Source of the DNA: Spirochaetaceae bacterium
GTDB taxonomy: Bacteria > Spirochaetota > Spirochaetia > DSM-2461
Length of the DNA: 64,000 nucleotides
NCBI GenBank assembly: GCA_965224705.1
Contig: OZ245056.1
Coordinates: 2,112,001-2,176,000 of the forward strand
Direction of reading: 5' to 3'
Shown: piece after piece, positions 61,701 through 64,000 of the stretch
Position numbering within the stretch: position 1 is the first letter of the stretch
How the letters are laid out: each line of letters opens with the position of its first letter
Notes under the pieces: generated by a model
The model's database searches: none
Seen by the model: only the letters and a program-made list of their open reading frames with translations
Told to the model about the DNA's origin: nothing
Position numbers and translations under genes: made by a program

Positions 61701-62314
61701 TTCAAGGTAATAGAATGGCTCCGGATATCAGAATCTCCGTTTTCAATGTGTCCTGGTATGGAGCATTGAGATATGCTAATTGGCTGAGTGGACAGAGAGG
61801 ATTGGAAAAGGTTTATACCTTTGGTTCTGGCGGTGCTGATGAAGTAACGGTGAACTGGAATGCCAATGGCTTTCGGCTGCCGACAGATGCCGAGTGGGAA
61901 TATGCCGGTCGTGGAGGCCCAATATCAATGGGCTATAAATATGCAGGAAGCAACAATCATGATGATGTCGCCTGGTATTGGGATAACAGTCATTATGGAG
62001 AGAATGCTCATATTGGGGGCGAATTACGGCCAAACGAATTGAATCTATTTGACATGAGTGGAAACGTAAGAGAATTCTGCTGGGATTGGGTAGGATTTGG
62101 ATCTACCTATGCCTATTCCCGGGATGGCCAGACCGACCCAACAGGCCCATCAAAAGATGAAGTAATCAGTAGTCTGAGCTGGGGACGCACCGTTAGAGGA
62201 GGGGGAATTAGTGACTGGAGTGATCAGTTGCTCTGGTTTGAGACAACCTTCCCCTATCCTTCACTGTATGATATACCATCACAAAATAGTGGAATCCGTC
62301 TGGTCAGACAATAG
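58787..62314 (+). CDS. Large lipoprotein with FN3-like repeats and a C-terminal FGE-sulfatase (CLec) domain
   Basis: VTGC lipobox; repeated W..V..A..Y.IQI...Y.WRVRA...WS units; FRLPTDAEWEYA, DMSGNV, RGG, GIRLVR. Confidence 0.85.
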   Translation: MKVFDQLFFRLILAVLIIFTVTGCSEFLPGDRLEPGDDSTVATRIGTIHHLTWDTVEDAIGYQVQIAESEAELEMVPVVNVEKPSYSFGTPLAVGTALYWRVRPKTFNQGNTEWSTVYVFFVNTQKDSGQESEDTDEDDVEDEENREKHGDKSRETANENDRENNYDKSDEHIYIDPSEIPMKEWKDLMGEFFAWDAASDLPPNEFDFRDAIEFCNRRSSAEGRDPAYRLFSGEVILLPWADGYRLKPLADWGGHYKERQENKRKGRWPHWDSSDRDGYRKGKRPDHESPARWDSSMSSLSPSGDEIVTSAIVPFHWDSVDGAASYQIQIWDARMMVNTHSVEVEDSFHAIEALPNGTWHWRARAIGQKGEEGDWSDIIRFRKRWGAVRGLQPPVNSELADRTPTLSWDAVSDAAFYQLQITRPSSSFMRSDIIDLSEPYYTPDNPLDADQMYFWRVRAVDVYGQVGFWSKVLSFMIIWSGEINGLNPADGSSTLNPAPTFSWNPVDGVDGYQMQIAADEADLATAREIDLKVPFYTWPEQLDSGTTYYWRVRALNSDGQPTLRSEVSSFSVDSPPVVSGLKPDDDAVTYNTRQSLSWEPVDDAAKYQILLTNSLNTVAASTPVDVMSGEKYLPPQDLSLDVWYWQVRSVSEYGTVSQWSPIQKFSVSDGRLSLVEPVNDEFLFDQTPSFAWSSAAGAASYRLQIAEDSSSLASAPVIPVYGTGHTPADSEALAFGRYNWRIQAVDTFGNSGSWTADWPINIVDSQISGLTPLYAMTDSKPYELSWDVVQHAETYEIQLVDDRSQLVDTSISTIVEEARYQPSSSLSQYKVHYWRVRALDAGKNPGLWSQTRVLVAYDSSQHGENMVILADGTQFNSIEDLEDGYVFVPGSTFMMGENSDQEVTLSSYSINPMEVTHEEFLQFLNDTSVEIQFEQSPSGRYITIDNIPVFVFEVGVPYPIIQDDTGSQRFVFQGNRMAPDIRISVFNVSWYGALRYANWLSGQRGLEKVYTFGSGGADEVTVNWNANGFRLPTDAEWEYAGRGGPISMGYKYAGSNNHDDVAWYWDNSHYGENAHIGGELRPNELNLFDMSGNVREFCWDWVGFGSTYAYSRDGQTDPTGPSKDEVISSLSWGRTVRGGGISDWSDQLLWFETTFPYPSLYDIPSQNSGIRLVRQ

Positions 62315-63301
62315 GAGGAGCTTTCTATAGGGCACCTCTAGCCCCTATTTCTCACCAACATAAAATTGCATAAAAATCCTGGAGGATTTCTGTTCTCTCC
62401 GCTAATATATCAAACAAAAAGTTTCCAGTTGATTGATCCTTGTTATTTCCGTCCAATTTAAGTCGATTTCTTCTGATTTTTTTGCATTTTTTCAACCCTC
62501 GGTGCACACCTTCCCCAGGGATTCCAGATGAGAACTCTCAACTGTTTTTATTACCCCTCAGATGGCCCGGGATGTTCGTATCCAGATGTCCCACCAGGGA
62601 AAACTCTCCGGCAGACTGATCCAGACTCGGCGAACCGTAATCTTTACAGCGGCCGAAACTTTAAGCATCCTTAATCGGATTGTAGAGGACATGCTTCGGG
62701 TTTCATCACCGCTGACCTGCAGAATTGTTCTTCGAAGATGGACAAAGAAAATATAGGCGATTGTCGAGAAATACAATCGGAGCTGATTCGAACTCACCCA
62801 ATAGCTGGAAGTGCGGTCGGCAAACAGATAAAGTTGCTGTTCTTTGATGCGATTCTCCATATCGCCGCGTGCACAGTAGACATCACCTCACACTGTTTCA
62901 GGATACTCTCACGGCAGAAGCCCGAGTCTCCACGGAAAATGATACGGACATCAGGAAATCTGGCCCTGATCGCGCCAACCAGATTGACCAGAATCCCTTC
63001 CCTGGTTTTTTCATCCAGCTCATGGCCGAGTTCCAATCTGTTCAGGGTGCTTTTTCCGGCAAATGGAGTTTTATCATCCCGCCCGCATATATATTGAAGC
63101 AGCGGATCATCGCGCAATCGTTCATGATCATTGAGATCTTCATAGCCCTGACAGATTCCGAAGATTCTCTGTTTCAGAAGAGCACCCAGGCTATGTGTAA
63201 TTTTATTCTGGTCTCTTTTATCGATGAAGAAATCTAACAGCTTTTCAATCATTCTGTGCTTCTGCTCAACCTGCTGGAGCAGAAGAAATCCGGCATCGGA
63301 G

Positions 63302-63539
63302 CAGGGCAATCGCATCTAAAATCCACATTATAGAAGCCGTATTCATATTTTTTCAACCGCAGAGGACGCAGAGTGTTCAAGGTAATTATTGACCAATCCT
63401 TTTATTTTTCTCTGCGCACCTCTGCGATCTCTGCGGTTAATTACTGCTTTTAGGAGATTCCATATTCTTTGAGAAACCATGAAAGCCTTATTCATGGTCT
63501 TTTATTCTTTTGGGGATGGAATTAGATGCAATTGCCCTG
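63302..63539. mobile_element. MITE family 3 (IS4-like ends) inserted in the transposase
   Basis: TIR CAGGGCAAT(C/T)GCATCTAA (17/18); 10-bp flanking repeat GGCATCGGA(G/A). Confidence 0.85.
63355..63438. repeat. REP-like CGCAGAG/CTCTGCG hairpin
   Basis: AACCGCAGAGGACGCAGAG ... CTCTGCGCACCTCTGCGATCTCTGCGGTT. Confidence 0.7.
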
Positions 63540-63746
63540 GGCATCGGAACTGTTGACCTTGCCGTCATTCTTTACAATAATTTTGCGGGATTTTCCGATT
63601 TCCAGCCCTTGCAATTCGAGCTGATGGGCTTTACACTCTGTATTAGCAAAGCGGGCTTCTTTTCGTTTGATATTTTTTTTCATGTAAATATTTTAGCATG
63701 GGAAGCCTGCTTTGTCTCAAGGTCTTGGTGAGAAATAGGGGTTAAG

Positions 63747-63813
63747 TTTTGTCGACTTGCATCAGGAAGAAATCATCAAGAATCGCCTTGAAGTCTTAAA
63801 TCCCGACAGACTC
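63747..63813. mobile_element. Degenerate MITE family 1 half-copy
   Basis: Similar to 12997-13064. Confidence 0.7.
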
Positions 63814-64000
63814 CTTGGAAAGCGAAAAAGAGAGATTTCCAATCATGCTGATTTTTCATCATCTGATGAATGAATATCCCTGGAAAACCCGGATTGGCTT
63901 CTCCCCTTCAGAGAGCAATCTTTATTTCCCTACAAATGATTCATATTTGGTTCATATCTGATTCATACGATTGGTTAATCGTACAGGAGAATAAGTATTG

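Larger units (their letters stand above)
62558..63683 (-). pseudogene. IS1380 transposase, interrupted, internally deleted and frameshifted
   Basis: N-terminus from 63683 (...DGKVNSSDA) rejoins SDAGFLLL at ~63300 once the insertion is removed; C-terminal part is in another frame. Confidence 0.85.
62342..63741 (-). mobile_element. IS1380-family element remnant
   Basis: 17-bp perfect TIR CCCCTATTTCTCACCAA (62342-62358 / 63725-63741); transposase motifs SDAG.LLL, GYEDLND, RGDSGF, ENRIKEQ. Confidence 0.85.

Noticed and set aside
58787..64000. A complete DGR in the window
   Set aside because: No reverse transcriptase, accessory gene or template repeat found.

Overview
Bacterial chromosome segment, most likely from a spirochaete: it has flgN-flgK-flgL-fliW-csrA and spoVG-tRNA-Gln-rplY-pth-tilS-ftsH in typical order, plus spirochaete-type lipoproteins. 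Bases 1 to ~12440 are one end of a prophage-like element, with a tyrosine integrase next to the 3' end of tRNA-Leu(CAG); the other end lies outside the window. The element has a leftward early operon: Cro-like HTH, a 40-aa-repeat beta-propeller, Xis-like HTH, a small basic peptide, PD-(D/E)XK nuclease, Sak4-like ATPase, DUF669 and ASCH. Its most striking feature is a tandem array of immunity cassettes with a 2617-bp period. Each cassette starts with a ~300-nt motif that shows compensatory base changes, suggesting a structured RNA. Cassettes 1 and 2 look identical by eye except for one 276-bp block that swaps the operator/promoter and the repressor DNA-binding domain together. Cassette 3 is degenerate, with a third operator type and different cargo. 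The rest of the window is mostly housekeeping: TPP riboswitch-thiBPQ, yggS, an RluA-family gene, rdgB, a sigma54-type promoter ahead of a sigma-like gene, TolC, RND efflux with a two-component system, mutL, flagellar genes, ftsH, an HtrA-like protease, lepA and a large FN3/FGE lipoprotein. It is scattered with at least three MITE families and ends in a nested IS1380 remnant. All family assignments come from motif recognition by eye, not from database searches.
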